Origin: Dicyema japonicum
Lineage: Eukaryota > Animalia > Dicyemida
Assembly: GCA_011109175.1 (NCBI GenBank)
Contig: RDEW01000007.1
Coordinates: forward strand, 91,424 to 155,423
Reading direction: 5' to 3'
DNA: 64,000 nucleotides
Position 1 is the stretch's first letter; each line of letters starts with the position of its first letter. The position numbers and the translations under genes were made by a program. The notes under the pieces are model-generated. The model was given only the letters and a program-made list of their open reading frames with translations. It was not told the origin of the DNA and made no database searches. Of this stretch, positions 43,695-57,929 are shown piece by piece.

Positions 43695-45960
43695 TGTTTA
43701 TTATTATTATTTAAGCCAAAGAAACACCGTCTTAACCAATAACTAATATTCAGGTGATCCCGGCATCTCTCAATAATCGGGCCATTTTTTCTCGATGCTC
43801 TGACCGTGATCCCACGCATTTTCTATACGGACGGGGGTCCTTTTCCTTTCCTCTTCTGAAATTGCCTCCAGTTGCCTCTATGATAGACTCGAGTGCTCTG
43901 GGGGCAATTTCTTTATCTGTATATTTTTATAGTAACTTTTTTGCTCTTGACTGGATATCTTGAATTTTTGTTAGGTTCGTTGCCGACAGGTTAGATCCCC
44001 ATGCAGCACATGCATAGCCTATTGTTGGCTCGACATACTGCTTGTAGAGGGTCCCGATACCTGGCGGATAAATTCCTCCACAGTTCCAAAGGAAGGCCTT
44101 TACAAAATTGATCTTCTTTGCACAGGTTGATATGATAGATTCCACATGGGCTGAGAAGCAGAGGAAAGTATCAAAAGTTACTCCCAGTATCTTCTGCGAT
44201 TTCTTTTGTGGTATAGGTACTCCATTTAACGTGACATCAATTGTTTGCGTTCCCATCTTTCTATTCTTAGTAAATAGAGTGACTGCTGACTTTTCGGAAC
44301 ATGCATTTAATCGATTTTCGCACAACCATCCAAATATGTTATTTAGTATTCCTTGTAGTCTTTCTTTAGCATGTTCGACGTTTGCGTCTCTAGATGCGAC
44401 AACTATGTCATCGGCATAGGAAAGTAGTATGTCATTATTATTCATAGGTACGGGGAGATCACTCAAAAACAAATTAAAAATGATTGGTGACAGAGGAGAT
44501 CCTTGGGGTACACCATTGGGTAATAATCCCGATCTGGAACTCTTGTTTCCGACGGATACTTTCCCTCGGCGTCCACTTACGAAATTTGCTAACCATAACT
44601 TTAATGGTGCATCAATTTTTGTCAAAAATATTTTTCGTATGAGGATCTTCCTTGGGACAGAGTCGAAAGCTTTTTGAATATCGATCGTACATATGACCGA
44701 TTTTTCCTGTTTTGGCTTGTTCTTGTGTCCTTCAGTTATGAACTTCATTAATGTTGTTAGGAAGGAGGTTGTTGATAATCCTTCCTTGAAGCCATGTTGG
44801 AATGTAGGTTGTGGGAGAAAAGGGCGAATAACTTTTAGGACCAGTTTCTCCAGGATCCTCGACAAAACACATATAAGGGAAACTGGTCTGTAAGAGCCGG
44901 GATCGTTCTTCGGTCTTCCCGGCTTCAATATTGGTCGAATTTTTGATAGTTTCCATAAAGTCGGTATGGTATTTATGTTCAGCGATGTGTTGTAGATGTT
45001 TGTTAATGCATTTATTGATGCTGGGCCCAAGTGTTTCAGCAGAATAAGAGGAATTCCGTCTGGGCCACATGAGTTTGTTTTTTTCTGATTTGATATTGCT
45101 TTGGATACATCTTTAGGGAGAAAATAAATCAGCGGGGCAAATTTGGATGGCTTTCTCTTTATTTTCGTTTGTGTGTTAATCTTTTTATAAGGAATGTGAC
45201 TGATTCGAATACAATGTTTCATATATTTATTCAGATTGAGCTGGCATTGTTCTTTGTTATCTTCGTATTCTGGGTTCTTCAGACGCCTCAACATCTTCCA
45301 CATGTTGGAAATTGAGGTCTGGTTATTCATGGCAGCAGAGATTCGCATGAGTTTCTTCCTTTGGGTGTTGTTTGTGCTTTTCGTGATAAGAATGTTTAGT
45401 GACCTGATTCGATTAATAACCTCTCGTGAACGATGTATCATTTTCTTAAGGTTGTTTCTTTCCATAATTATTTTCCTTGTTTTTGAGTCGTATTTCAATT
45501 TTTCGTTTTTTATATATGCTTTTCTGATAAAAATATTTCTCCCGTCAATGATTGTTTTGTTGAAATGGTAGACAGCTTTGTCTATGGAGGAGAAATTTTC
45601 AGGTTGGAAATGTTGCAGTTTTGAATCAACGAAATTTGTAAAGCCAGTCCAATTTGCATTTTTGTAATCATCGCTACAAAAATATTAAACATATTTAAAA
45701 ATTTATAATTTTTCTTTCCAGTATTAGGATCGAATCAGTATTGAATTTTTTAAAATTATGATGTGCTTTATATTTTTGAAATTACTTAAAATTCAATTTT
45801 TGTCTCTGAGAATTGATATGGTACGATCCTCAGAGTTTTAATAGAATAGCACAGGCTGATGGTCTGATATTTTAGATTCTTTAATAAATTGTGGTCCTTC
45901 AATTATCACTCGTTGTTTACATCGAGTCCACACTTTCCTTTCTCTTAACTAATCGCCTGG
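43695..45960 (-). mobile_element. 5'-truncated Ingi-like LINE (523-aa RT ORF at 43927-45498)
   Basis: SCGPDGIP, SYRPVSL, FQHGFKEGLST, DIQKAFDSV, GVPQGSPLSP, YADD. Ends MARLLRDAGIT* with the 3' stem-loop. An APE SDH remnant lies near 45860. Confidence 0.9.
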
Positions 45961-47089
45961 GATAATGGACTTTTATTTTATTTTGTATAATCGTATTTGG
46001 TAAGTCGATAAAACGACTAATCTTGTCCTGAATTTGACTGTAGAGACGTTAGATGCGTGTCAGTTTGACAACGATACCCCAAAGTCAGCTAACTGAATGT
46101 TTTCCGTAAGACCAAGTCCTGATAAGATCATAAACTATACTAAGGACTCCCAAGATCAGTGTCCGATTAGTTAATGAGCTTCAGTCCAAACTGAACTCCA
46201 GCACAGTCGAGCCTGTTGTTTACGTACTGTGAAATCTTACATAAATGGAGTGAATTATCTCAAAATTTAATTCTAAAGATATTAATTAAGTCGACCTCGT
46301 TGAATCCTCTCTTCGGGATCTTCACTACATTGTTGTGGACACACTACGATACCTTCTAATAGAAATCAAAGTTCTTTTCTATTTGCAAATTCGTATTGTC
46401 CATATTTCCTTTCCATAGAGGATATCTGAATATCAGGAAAGTAGTACATCATCGATGATTAAGTTGTTACAAAAACTCTCAGTATTTCTCGCTACGGTTA
46501 ATTTCTCTTCATTAATATTCTAGAGAATGTCCGATTGATGATGTCCACCATAACTTTTATTTCCATCACGGCAATCTAATCGAAGGTCTGAAGGACTGCT
46601 GTAGATTGGCTGCCCTTTAGACTTGTTAATATTCTGTCATTTTCAGTAATATTTGCTAGATTAAAGGCAACAATGAGTGGAAACATGGTGAAGTCCCAAG
46701 CCATAGAAACAGGACTATTAAATAAACTCAATTTCTGACCTTATTATGTTGTTGTACAGTCCAAACAGTAGTCGATGAAGAGTTATCCTGTGCTTCTTTT
46801 GCGAAGATTCAAAACCACAAATGAATTTTACTTAGCCTTGAATTAGGAAGGGGAAAAGCAATAGTTAACAAAAGTCAAAGTAACCCCAAATAAAATTCCT
46901 TCAATTGAGAATTAATAAATCAAGTTAATATTGTGCCTATTGCTAATAATAGTTAAAAAGCCATAAAAACCAAATTTATCACAATTTATGATTTAAAACC
47001 CCATTTTTCAAAAATATTGATTATATTCAATTTAACATACTACCAGGATTCACCATCACTTCTATTTACAAGGTATAATTTCTTGGATT

Positions 47090-47640
47090 TAAATCGGAGA
47101 TGCAGAGTTGAAAACCGCGCTTGGATGTATCCACACAGCTGCCGTTGTGGAAGAATCGTCTAAACCAAATGCCTACATCCTTGTCTTGCTAATCGAGTGC
47201 AGGACGTGCCGCGGACCACGAAGCTCTCAATGACGTTGTTCTAAAGGACACTCAAAGTCGCGTGGTTTTTAGCTAAAGTATAACCTTTAGGCTTAGACAG
47301 ACGCTATGGAAAGAAGCAGATGGGATCTCATTATTTCCATTCTATCACGGTATATTAGTCGTTTGGGACGTCACTTGTGTGGACACCTTTTTTGTGGCCA
47401 GATCGCTGACGCCGACACACTCACCTGGAGACGCGGCAGACAGACAGAGTGAGTGAATATCGGGAAGTACGAACCACTCCTGGAAAACTACCATTTCGTG
47501 CCTATTGCGATGGAGACTTTCGGGGAAATGGGAAAGAAGACAGACACCTTTCTATCTGACGAAAGATCGCTTCGAAGAGACTTTGGTTCAGACTGTAGCA
47601 GTGATCAGAAGAAACGGTCACGCATTCTTTGTTTCTTATT
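47090..47640 (+). mobile_element. Degenerate CRE-like 3' fragment
   Basis: HSCRCG, HEALND, WDVTCVDT, HFVPIAMETFG. Confidence 0.7.
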
Positions 47641-48104
47641 AAAGGACTTATTTTTTATTTGATTTTGTCAAAAATGTAAAAATTTACAATGTTAAACTAA
47701 TTTATTTATCGCTAAAATATTTTGTCCACACGATTTGGATATTCGCTTGACCTACCATTGTAAATACAGTGAATTCCTCTAATTGGCCAATTTGTGGCTA
47801 AAAAATTCACGTCAGGGTTCAAAAAACCAATTTTCCTTAGAAATTCCAATTCTCAAATGGTCACACATCATTAAAAATAAAATTTTTTTTACTAATCTTT
47901 TCAATTATTTTATTGAAAAAATAAAAATTTCAAACTAAAATTAACCATGTGTTCGAAAGCTTTTTGTTGCAATATCAAGGCTTAATGTTTTTAAAACTCG
48001 AAATTTTGAGATATAGAGACAGAACAATACTAAATCGTGCCAAAAATCGCACACAGATTTTCTGATTTATTTTAATACTCGAATTTCAAAAAAACGTGAA
48101 TTAT

Positions 48105-48620
48105 TATTATTAGAAGCACTCCCGAGAAAATATAAATAGTTAATTTCCCTTCGTATTCCTAATAATTCTCTCCGACAACCTCGATCTTGACTCTGTTGCG
48201 CGGTATTCTCTTATGTCTAGAATCGTCCGAAAGTTAGTCCCATACCAACCGGCGATAAGTCTTCGTTCAAGATATTCGGAATGTCTGCTTGTCTCCGCGA
48301 AATCCGGCTCCGTGTGCAAAGGTTATCATTGCGAATTTGCGGGGAACTGGTCATTTAAGCGTAACACGTGGCCATAAGGCTCCATCTTGATTTGAAAATA
48401 TCATTTGACAATACGCCGGATTTCATTTATTATAAAGTTTGCATTAGAATCTTCATAGCAGTTAATCCTGATTGCCGATTTGAGCTTTGTGGAAGAGTCA
48501 AGACGGTCCCATTTCCCGTTTAGAGATTCCCCATATCCCAAGTTGAGGCTAGTACCGGGATGACAAAATTTTTTGTATTCTAAGCCCTGGTGTTTAGTCC
48601 TATCTCTTCTTGTGGCTAGG
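48105..48620 (-). mobile_element. RTE-like LINE 3' fragment (family of 24335-26590)
   Basis: Nucleotide similarity to 25070-25220 and 26270-26590. Confidence 0.75.
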
Positions 48621-49439
48621 TCATATCCAGTTGGTGTTTCTTGTGAGGTTGTATAAGTCTTCTGCAATTGAAAGTTCTCAGAGTGAACGGAGATGTCGGT
48701 AAAGAATACGATTAAGACATAGTGCACTAGAGATGTCGTCACCACCTCAACCAAACAAAAACTGTGAATAATTTTCTTAATCCCGAGATTCCATATTGAA
48801 AACATCTAAAAATATATTTCCAATCAAATCGTTAATATTTTAGCAACTTGATACTAACTTTAACAACTTTATTAGCAAGGAAAATCAAAGAGGGAATTAT
48901 TTGACCTCTGCCGCAAGTCCTGCAAACGCATGGACTCTTCTATTGCTCTCAGATTCCTCTTATCGTTTTTTTGCTGCAACATATGAGTCAATGATGGCAT
49001 CTCTTTTTAGGTAGTTTTCCATCTTTTTTTTCTGCTGCATCTTTTATCGATATTACTAGCAAATTTTCATTTACACAACAAATTGAATTCTCGGATGACA
49101 CCGATAAAATATTGATGTTCCAGTCCCTGGTATAGCCCTTTCTTTCCAGTATAAAGATATCGATTCGAAGCCCGAGATTACCTTATTCTAATTGACTTCA
49201 TCTTCGTTTCGTTGACAATTATTATATCAGCTTTGTCGGCAACTTGATACTAAGCTATTAGAATGGATGGATTTGATGAAATCTAAGGGTATTTTTAATT
49301 TGTTTAGATGCAAATGACTTATATCAAAAAACCACAAATTATTGCTGAAAAGTTATCAATTAGTAACAGATAACATGATTTATTCACAAACCCCAACTAA
49401 CTAAACAAGGTAAGAGTCATTAACTAAAGAGGAAAGCCA

Positions 49440-49760
49440 AGATTTGGGGTCGTTCTATATCGGGGCACTCTCATGAGACACCGTATGTCTCTTCTCCGTA
49501 AAAAGCCCCAATTACAATGCGAGTTTCCACAAGCAATGTAATAAATCACCGATTCTTCTCGTTTTTCTATCGTATTCGTCATCAATTTCAGATGCTAAAT
49601 CCAATCCATGTGCTTCAATTTAGTTTCATTTATAATTAGAACTTCCATCTGGATCGTGCTGGCTATAGCAACCAGCACTGAGGCCCGTTTCCAAAGAGAA
49701 CGGGCATTAATCAGGTTTATCCTGACTACTTCTGGTTTTTTTTTCGGTGGCTGCCCTCTC
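49440..49760 (-). mobile_element. APE endonuclease N-terminal fragment of a LINE
   Basis: INARSLWKRASVLVAIASTIQMEVLIINETKL...YDRKTRRIG. Confidence 0.55.
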
Positions 49761-50289
49761 TCTCTGTATTGAAGCTTCTATATATGTCCTATTCCAGCCA
49801 GTTTTAATATCAATTAGTGACTTCAAGAATTCTAAAGGATTCTTACAAGATTCAAAAAAGACATGGTTTTCGAATGCATAAAATACATGGGGTAATGATA
49901 GCTGGCAAACAACCTGACCAAATTCCCGCTCTCCCCCATAATTAATAATATTTTATTGTTATAAAGTTAAATTTTTGGGTTAAAAAATTCCCAAATTGCC
50001 CAAAAATAGTTCAGGAACAATTTTGGGCCAATTTAAGGGACTTTACTGTATCCAGATCTGAAAATTCCTCAGCTTAGGAGAGGGCCGAGAATATTTATTA
50101 ACCTCGTTTATCGCAAGGAAGATTAACGGCTTATTGAGCGAATTTATCTACAATTTCATGTAAAGAAATAAATTTTCAATTTTGAGAGCAAATAACCCTT
50201 TGTATGTTTGCGATATATTATTAACCCCAATTTCGCTAACTTGTAAAAAACTGCAAAGATTGTGAATTCCAGTTTGAAATGTAAATTTA

Positions 50290-50470
50290 TTTTATTATAA
50301 GCACTTTTACAAGACCAAAGAACCTTATAATAACTAAGGTCTCGTTTGTGTCACACGTTTCAAAATCTACTTAACTAGCGTTTCCATGGCCCTCTGCTTT
50401 GGGCATCTGTTTTTAGATCTTTTAATTCTTCTGCAGATTTAAGTTTTCTTCCAATTCCATTAAGATCCTT
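50290..50470 (-). mobile_element. RTE-like LINE 3' end (family of 43195-43560)
   Basis: Similar to 43200-43370, with the AAGTGCT-TAAT terminus. Confidence 0.7.
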
Positions 50471-50490
50471 GTTCAGAGCCACGGGTAGAG

Positions 50491-53025
50491 TGACTCAGAT
50501 ACAAGTCTAATGGCGTCAGATACAAGCCAAAGGTGTATCCAAAAGAACCATTTGTCAACGACCAGCCAGAGGAGTTTCCCCTGACGGTACTTCCTACACA
50601 TCCGTGCACTTTTCCGGTGGAGACTCGTCATGTCAGGAGATGTTGAAATGAATTGGACCAAAGGCATTGAAGATACTTAGCCTGAACATTAACGGAGTTT
50701 AGCAAGGCATCCGAACTAAGTTTATATTTGGAGAGGAATAAAATTTTACAAGAGACCAAGCTTTCTGGGAAATCCACTACTCCTAAATTTACCGTTTCAG
50801 TGATAGTCGACCGACAATCGGGCCGAGGTTGAGGACTAATGACCTTTGTCAGGAGAGGCATATGTTCGATAAACACTCATCCATATTCAGGAATCTGAAA
50901 GAAGACGCAAACACAGAAGTTATTGGGATTACGGTGCAGACCTTTCTCGGAGGTATTATCATTGCCAACGTCTATGTTCCTTCTCCAGGTTCCTGTGCAA
51001 AAAGATTTTCTATTGATTGGTCTGCCTTTGATATGATGGAAAACTTGTTGGTGTCCAGAGATTTTAATGCCAAGCACCCTTCGTGGTATGAGAAACAACC
51101 TCCAGAAACAAGGGGATTTCATATTATTTCCCAATTAGAAAATCTGTCAATTATGAACAACCCAACTAGAAATACACAAACCTCGTATAATAGCAAGGAT
51201 TCGGTTACATCACCGGACATTACGTTATGTTCACCACGGCTTGCTCTGCTTATATGCTGGTCTGTAAACTATGACCATAATCCCATTCTGATCAAAATCA
51301 ATTGTACACCAATGACGCGTTCAAAACACATCATATTTTATGACTATATTAATGCTGACTGGGCAGGATTCAGAAAATACGTGGATTCGGCCCTATTGAA
51401 TTTCCATCCATATATTTTCAACTCAATTGATAGAGCAGTCTTTCACTTTAATAAGGTGATTTTGGAAGTGAGAAAACTATTTGTTCGAAAAGGATTCTCA
51501 AAAATCACCAAGAAAAAATTTGATCGTAGAATCAAACTAATGAAAGAAAGGAATTGTCTCAAACGTGCACATTCTTCCACACAAAATACCAAAACCGAAA
51601 AGGAGGCACCCAACAATGTATACTCTACCGGGAGATGTCGCTTTGGAAATCTATCGAACAAAGAACACACATTCCCGTGGACCGGACGGGATCCCGGTTA
51701 TTCTTTTGAAAAAGATGGGCACAGTTGTAATATAACACTAACATGCATCCTCAACTACTCAATCAACTTCAACTGTATATGGAAACTTTCTAATATTCAT
51801 CCAATACTGAGGCCTGGGAAACCAAGGGAGGACCCTGCTTCTTACAGGCCTTTGTTGCTCTTGTGCGTACAGACAAGAATCTTAGAAAGGATGATTATGA
51901 CAACACATGACATTTCCTCCCGAATGCCAGTTTTCAGCATGGTTTTAAAAAGGACGATCACTATCACACACCTAAATACTTTAAAGAAGTTCATAACAGG
52001 TGGCCTTAACATTAGACCAGGACAGAAAAAGACGATTGTCTGCTCAATTGATATCAAGAAGGCTTTTGACTCGGTTTCGAAAAAGATTATCTCGCATAAA
52101 ATATATTTTTCAAACATTGACGCAAATCTGAAATTGTGGTTGGGAAATTTCTTGAGTAGTCAACGAGGACAAGTAGACTATTCCAATCGATCTTCCGTAT
52201 CAAGACTATTAGCAAATGGCGTTCCCCAGGGCTCCCCATTATCCCCTTCCTATCTAACCTTATGATGGATGACTTGCCACTTCCTCAGGGGGACGTGACT
52301 TATTATTAACGTATGCTAATGATATAGTCATTGCCTCGAGAGATGTGAGCATTGTGGAAGCAACGAAAGAACACAGGACAATATGAATAAATTAAGTTTA
52401 TAGCTTTGGGAAAATCAATTGACTGCTAGCCCGAAGTCGGTGTCGACCCTATTCACGACAAACATAAGACTAGGGAAGTATCAATTGACGTCACACTGAA
52501 AGATTATACCGCAAACCAAATACCAGAAAATCCTGGGAGTCATTTTGGACACCTTCCTAACCTTTACAAAACATGTTGAAAATATGTTATTGACTTGTAC
52601 GAGGAAATCAACTTCCTGAAGGCGTTCATGGGAAACCTAAAAGACAAAAGATCTGAGTGGTCTGGATGTCATATACAAACAGTTCATAGAGGCTACAATA
52701 GGATACGCATGTATTATCTGGGGATCTAATTTTCTGAAACGAATTTGGACAAGATATGGAACAATCAAGTGAAGGCATCAAACCTACTAAGGAAATATTC
52801 CAGAGTTTAAATCCTGCCTAGAAACTTAGAAATTTAATAGAGGCGACTGGAAAAGTGCCTCTGCGAAGGGCTCGGTATGCAGACCCCGTCCATATCGGAA
52901 ATGTGCAGGAACGCAGTCAGAAGACCGAGAAAAGATGCGGAGACTGCTAAGGGAGGCTGGGATCACCTGAATTTGTTATTTTGGATATGACGGTGGTTTT
53001 TTGGTTCAATAAAATAAAAAAATAA
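50491..53025 (+). mobile_element. Near full-length degenerate Ingi-like LINE family C
   Basis: Leader at 50491-50557, frameshifted 2A GDVEMN[P]GP at 50635-50659, ILSLNINGV, LQETKL, SYRPL, DIKKAFDSV, GVPQGSPLSP. Ends MRRLLREAGIT* with the 3' stem-loop. Confidence 0.9.
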
Positions 53026-53044
53026 AGTAATTATCCATTATTAT

Positions 53045-53885
53045 ATTTGCAGGGGCATTTTATGTCCATTCTAAGCACGTGCCCAAACAGTCTCCATTCT
53101 GATTCAATAATATCGATGCTTATTGGCCTCGATTGTGCCACAGATTATAATTTCTTATTTGATGTTTTCTTGGCCAACCTAGGCCCATTACATTGCGTAA
53201 TTGTTTTCGATGAAATATATCTATTTTCTTGAGCTCTAACTTTGTGATACCCCATGTACCCGAGTTGTGGCTTTATATATGCGTTGTATAGTCTTATTCT
53301 TGGATTTGTTTTATTAGCTTTCGTCGACTCCAGATCTTCTTCATTTTCTTATACATGGCAGTGGCTAGAACTCTTCTATACATCATGTCCTCACTATAAC
53401 CAAGTAAGAATCCCAATTTCTTTTTTTCCTCCAATTTTCATCAATATGTTTTAATTCCCTTGTGATTCTTATGTGTTCAGTCTTTTTCCTATGGGAGTGC
53501 TTCGATACACGTATGAATTAGATGTTGGAGATATTGTATTCTATTTTTTAATTACTTAAAAGGTTCTTATACAAAAGATTATGGAACGAATCCTTGTCTC
53601 AGGTTAAATAAATTCGCGCATCCATATGGTGACCATTGTTGGCTGAGAGACAACTATCCCCTAACTCGCCTTGGTAAAGTTTAGGGAAAAAGAATAATAT
53701 AAGGGTAATTATTATTAGCACTTTCACGAGAGCCATAATATTTATTGCGCAGCATGTGCAGCAAAAAATATAAAAGAGAGTTAGTTTGCTCCAAGCTCTT
53801 CTGTTCTTAGCAGATCCCTCAGTGTGTCTAAGTCGTCACCAGATGCCAATGTTTTTTTACGGCTTTCAGATCGTTTGTAAAACGA
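53045..53885 (-). mobile_element. Two adjacent RTE-like LINE fragments (53045-53690 and 53705-53885)
   Basis: GTWGITK..IFHRKQLR, WRLFGHVLRM. The second has LASGDDLDTLR and a terminal AAGTGCT(AAT)n. Confidence 0.65.
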
Positions 53886-53929
53886 AGGGTAACATATTAA
53901 AGGTTTAAATATTTTCATTTTTTAACAAA

Positions 53930-56195
53930 AACAAATGTCAGTTGAGGAAGCCGGCAGCGTGGATTGCGAACGAGTTCCCTCGGAGTATGATTATTGCAAT
54001 CTTTTGTCTCAGCCATAACCCTTCTCGTTGATCCCTTTTATTTCTGGCAAGCATTCCTCCGAGTTCTCGCAAGAACTCAGCCGTCATTGGACCAACGGCT
54101 CCCGATGATTCGGTCGCAACAGGAGTAAATCGGTAGCGGTCCCTGAGGCAAGAATATTTCTTGATTTTTAGGTTCTCCGCAGCTGCTCCAGGTGTCTGAA
54201 CCGATTTGTAAATATTCGTGCTTGAGAACGTGTCTACACAAGTTTGTGAAGGGGAAAAGGGTCATCCCGTCAGGTCTCTTTCCATCTCCTCGATCAAGAC
54301 CCACTGGTTCAAGCTGTGCTGGGAAACCTGCAGCCTTCAAGCTCTGACGATCACATCGTTCAGAGCAGCATGACGTGGTCTTCTTCCGGCGCTTCTTCTG
54401 CAGGACAGCGAGTGCAATCCCTTTGCATAGACTGTTTTCCCGCATCGGCATTGGTGCTCCTGGCAAACGTCTAGTCCCAGCATTTGTCCGATTCCAATCC
54501 TCAAAGAATCGTCGTCCAAAAAGGACCCGAGGTTTGGGCAAGGTATTGCACCGAGCCATGCTCCACTCCCTCCACTTGAAGTTGACACCAAACAAGCCAG
54601 ACGATGTTTATTTGCTTCTTTTTAAGATCTTCTGAAATTTTGGAGCAGATAATGTTATCCTAATTACTTTACTTCGTTGTGTCTTCTGGGATTTTGAGTC
54701 CGAACCCGTTCCATTTCCGACAAGCGTCGTCAAATGACTTAATCCAGCGAACTCCAATAGTGTGATGAAGGACTTAACGTGTCAAATGGCTGCAGCTTGA
54801 GAGAGACGATAGATATGTTGGGTACGCAACCTCCAGCACCGATCTTACCGACACCCCAAATCCAGAGGGAAGCTTACATTGTTTCCAACCAAGTTCGTCG
54901 AAGCGGACGTTAATTAGTGACTCGACTGTTTGCTTGAGAGACTTGTCTATTGAAAGTAGAATGTCATATTGTTCGTAGCAGGGTGAACATCGGAGTAGAT
55001 ATAAAAGCTTGGGTAGTCCGATGTTGTTTCTCATCAGGAAGAAAGATGTGTGAGAGTCGAGACATGACAATCTTTTCGCAAGGCGTGTTAATTCTTCATT
55101 TTTGGAAAGTAGATGGTTCTTGAGTTCTTCTTCGCTGAGTGGGCATCCGAGGAAATATAATTTATCAACTGGCACAGTCGGGATCCCAGGAAGCAGTTCG
55201 TTAAAAGACTCCTTGATAGAGAGGAAGTCGGTGTATGGATATGAGACATTTATTAGCTCTGATTTGTTAACATTGATGTCCAAGCCCAAATGTTTTAAAG
55301 CGGGTAACGCTTTACGTAATGAATTGTATGTTTCCTTGAACGATCCTCCAATTGTGGCATCATCGAGGTACCAGAGATTTAGCTGAGCATCAATTGATCT
55401 CACAACATCATCAATGGTCAGGGCGAATAAGAGAGGTCCGAGCGGATCTCCTTGTTGGACACCCGTTTTTGATTTAATAATTTCATTTTCAAAAACCAAG
55501 ACGTAAGTAGGAGCCCTCTTTCAACACGTTTCATAATTTTTCTCTTCTGAAAGAATTGAAAGCATTCGTTATGTCCAACTTGATTCCAATGCATTCATTT
55601 GAAATATTTTTCTGTGTGAAGAATCGCCTTGCTGCATGAATCGCAGTCTCACATCCGTTCTGGATACTAACACCCATTTGTTTAGGAAAGAACTCCTTTC
55701 CAAGTTGTCGGCTCACCAGGGTCGATGCTACCTTTGCTGCAAGTCTTCTGAAATAGTTCCCGACCGCAATGGGGCGGATTCCTCCGTTGGGTTTTTTGAA
55801 AGCAAATAGCCTTGCGGAGAAGATGCAATTCTCTGGCATATTCTGGGATGTCGTCGTTAACCATTTTTCTGATTAAGTCCGTAATTGATTTGACAAGACA
55901 GCGTCCAGCTTCCGAGGTGTAAGTGGACGTAAGGTCCTTAATATGGCCAGGACGTAACCCTTCCAAGCCTCCACCGCTGCTAGCGTCGAAGGAAGTTATT
56001 CCGTGGCGCACTTCGGATTCGTAATGATAATCTCCGGGGTTCCTTCAGGATTCAAAAACTTTTCATTGTCAGTCGGTGCATCGGGGAGCTTCAGTATTTA
56101 GGACCTCGGGGGTACAAGACAATACTGTGTCATTGGACGTGATAACCCGTAAGGCTGCCCGCACGTCGGCCTCCAGATGTTTCCGGTTTACTCTC
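53930..56195 (-). mobile_element. Large CRE-like RLE retrotransposon, 5' part cut by an Ingi-like LINE
   Basis: [79 protein letters not shown]. Confidence 0.9.
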
Positions 56196-56199
56196 TCCT

Positions 56200-57900
56200 T
56201 TATTTATTTATTTTATTAATAACCCCGAAAAGGGAACACCAAGAAAGAAGGAGTAATCCAACTAATTAAGTGATCCCGGTACGCCTCAACAGGATCGAGA
56301 GGTTTTTCCTGTGTTCCTCCAGAGTACCCACGGCTTTCCTGAATAAACGACGATCATCTTTCATTAGGTTTGAAGAGGAGTGGGTTTTTCCCCAAATTTC
56401 GTGTATTTGAAGCCTTAGCCTTGAATGGAAGAAACGACTTGTTTCTTGGCCACAGACAGATGAAGCCGGAGCCATTATTTTGATTGCGGCGTGGTCAAGC
56501 ATTGGAGGGAAAGATCGGGGGTAGATTCGTTTGACGTGCTAGTTTTCCAATTAGGGTATTGATCTTGAGTGAATTTGATATCGAAGCTCCATAGGCCCAT
56601 GAGGCACAAGCGTACTCAATCGTCGGTTTTAGGAGTTGATTGAACACGACGAGGGCGCATTCCTGTGAAGGTTTGGACTTCAAGAGCGGTTTGATAATAT
56701 TAAGTTTCCTGAGACCCTTTGTCATAACGTTCTTCACATGTTGAGAAAATGACATCAAAGGGTCAAATGTCACTCCCAGGATAGTTGGACGAGTCTGTAG
56801 TGGTAAGGAGTCTCCAAAAATGTTCAAATCAGTGTATGTTTTTCTTTTCTGTCCGTGGTGAAGATTGTATAGTGTTGATTTGTCCCTGGATACGGAGAGA
56901 CGATTCAACTTCAACCAGGCTCCCAGGTCGTCAATATGTGACTGAAGCTCTGATTTTGCTGTACCACGTATTTGTTCCTGCTAGCGATATTAGTCGTCAG
57001 CATAAGTGAGAAGCATTGAATCTGGTCCTCCAGGGCAGGGTAAATCGTTGAAGAATAAGTTGAATAACGCCGGAGAGAAGGGCATCCTTAAGGGACGCCA
57101 TTTGGTAGGAGACGGGACCTCGATCTTGCGTGGCCTATACAGACACGTCCTCTTCTTCCGGAGAGAAAATTGGCTATCCATCTTTTCAAATCCGTCTGAA
57201 TGGTTGTGTCAAAAACCTTTTCGTGAGTAATGTTCTCGAGACAGAATCGAACGCCTTCTGGATGTCCAGGGAAACCATATTGTCCGTAGATGGCGTTTCG
57301 GTATGTTGAACCCTTCTGATAAAATTGAGACAGTGAAGTCAAATGTGTCGTAGTTGAACGCTCACATTTGAAACCATGTTGAAAGTGGCAGTCTGGCAAA
57401 TGGGTTTAATTTTCCAAGTACGAGTTTCTCCATTAGCGCGATAATGCGCACGTTAATGAAATTGGACGGTAGGAAGAAGGTAAGGTTTTCGGTTTTCCTG
57501 GTTTAAGGAGGTATTATAAGTGAGTTTTCCATTTGCATGATGACGTTCATGTTAGAAGACAAATTAAAAATTGACGTAATCGAATTGATTGCAACATTAC
57601 CAAGGTGTTTTAGCAAAATTCCCGGAATGCCGTCAGGTCCACACGTAAAGATCTCTTCATCGATCTTATAGCCTGTGTGACCTCAGCATGCGTAAACAAT
57701 TGATCCATGAAGTTGTTTAGGCATAAATTCCGAAGTGACAAGAATGGATTTCGAGAAGTCCTTGTGGCTTATGGATGCGTAATATTTCATTAGGTTGTTA
57801 ACTTGCACAGTATTTGGAGCAGAAAAAGATTCTGATTCATCTGATAAGTTTAGCTTGATTCGACGAATAGTTTTCCATAAAAGACTCTCTCCTTTAGAAG
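56200..57900 (-). mobile_element. 5'-truncated degenerate Ingi-like LINE
   Basis: CGPDGIP, FQHGFKCERST, YADD, LGVTFDPLMSF, KPTIEYACASW. Ends LLRRTGIT* with the stem-loop and a (TAAA)n tail. Confidence 0.85.
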
Positions 57901-57929
57901 TTCCGGATTTTTTTTTAATTTTAAAGACT

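Larger units (their letters stand above)
47767..50048. mobile_element. Possible old Tigger-type element bounded by imperfect TIRs
   Basis: TA-cagtgaattcctctaattggcc ... ggccaatttaagggactttactg-TA. The interior holds unrelated LINE fragments. Confidence 0.35.

Noticed and set aside
46000-47050. Possible membrane-protein gene remnants on the minus strand
   Set aside because: There are hydrophobic stretches, but I could not build a consistent spliced model or family.
49655-49740. Three consecutive hairpins plus a T-run, suggesting a Pol III ncRNA or RNase P RNA
   Set aside because: The opposite strand reads as an in-frame APE N-terminus (INARSL...NETKL), and the RNase P conserved regions are not matched.
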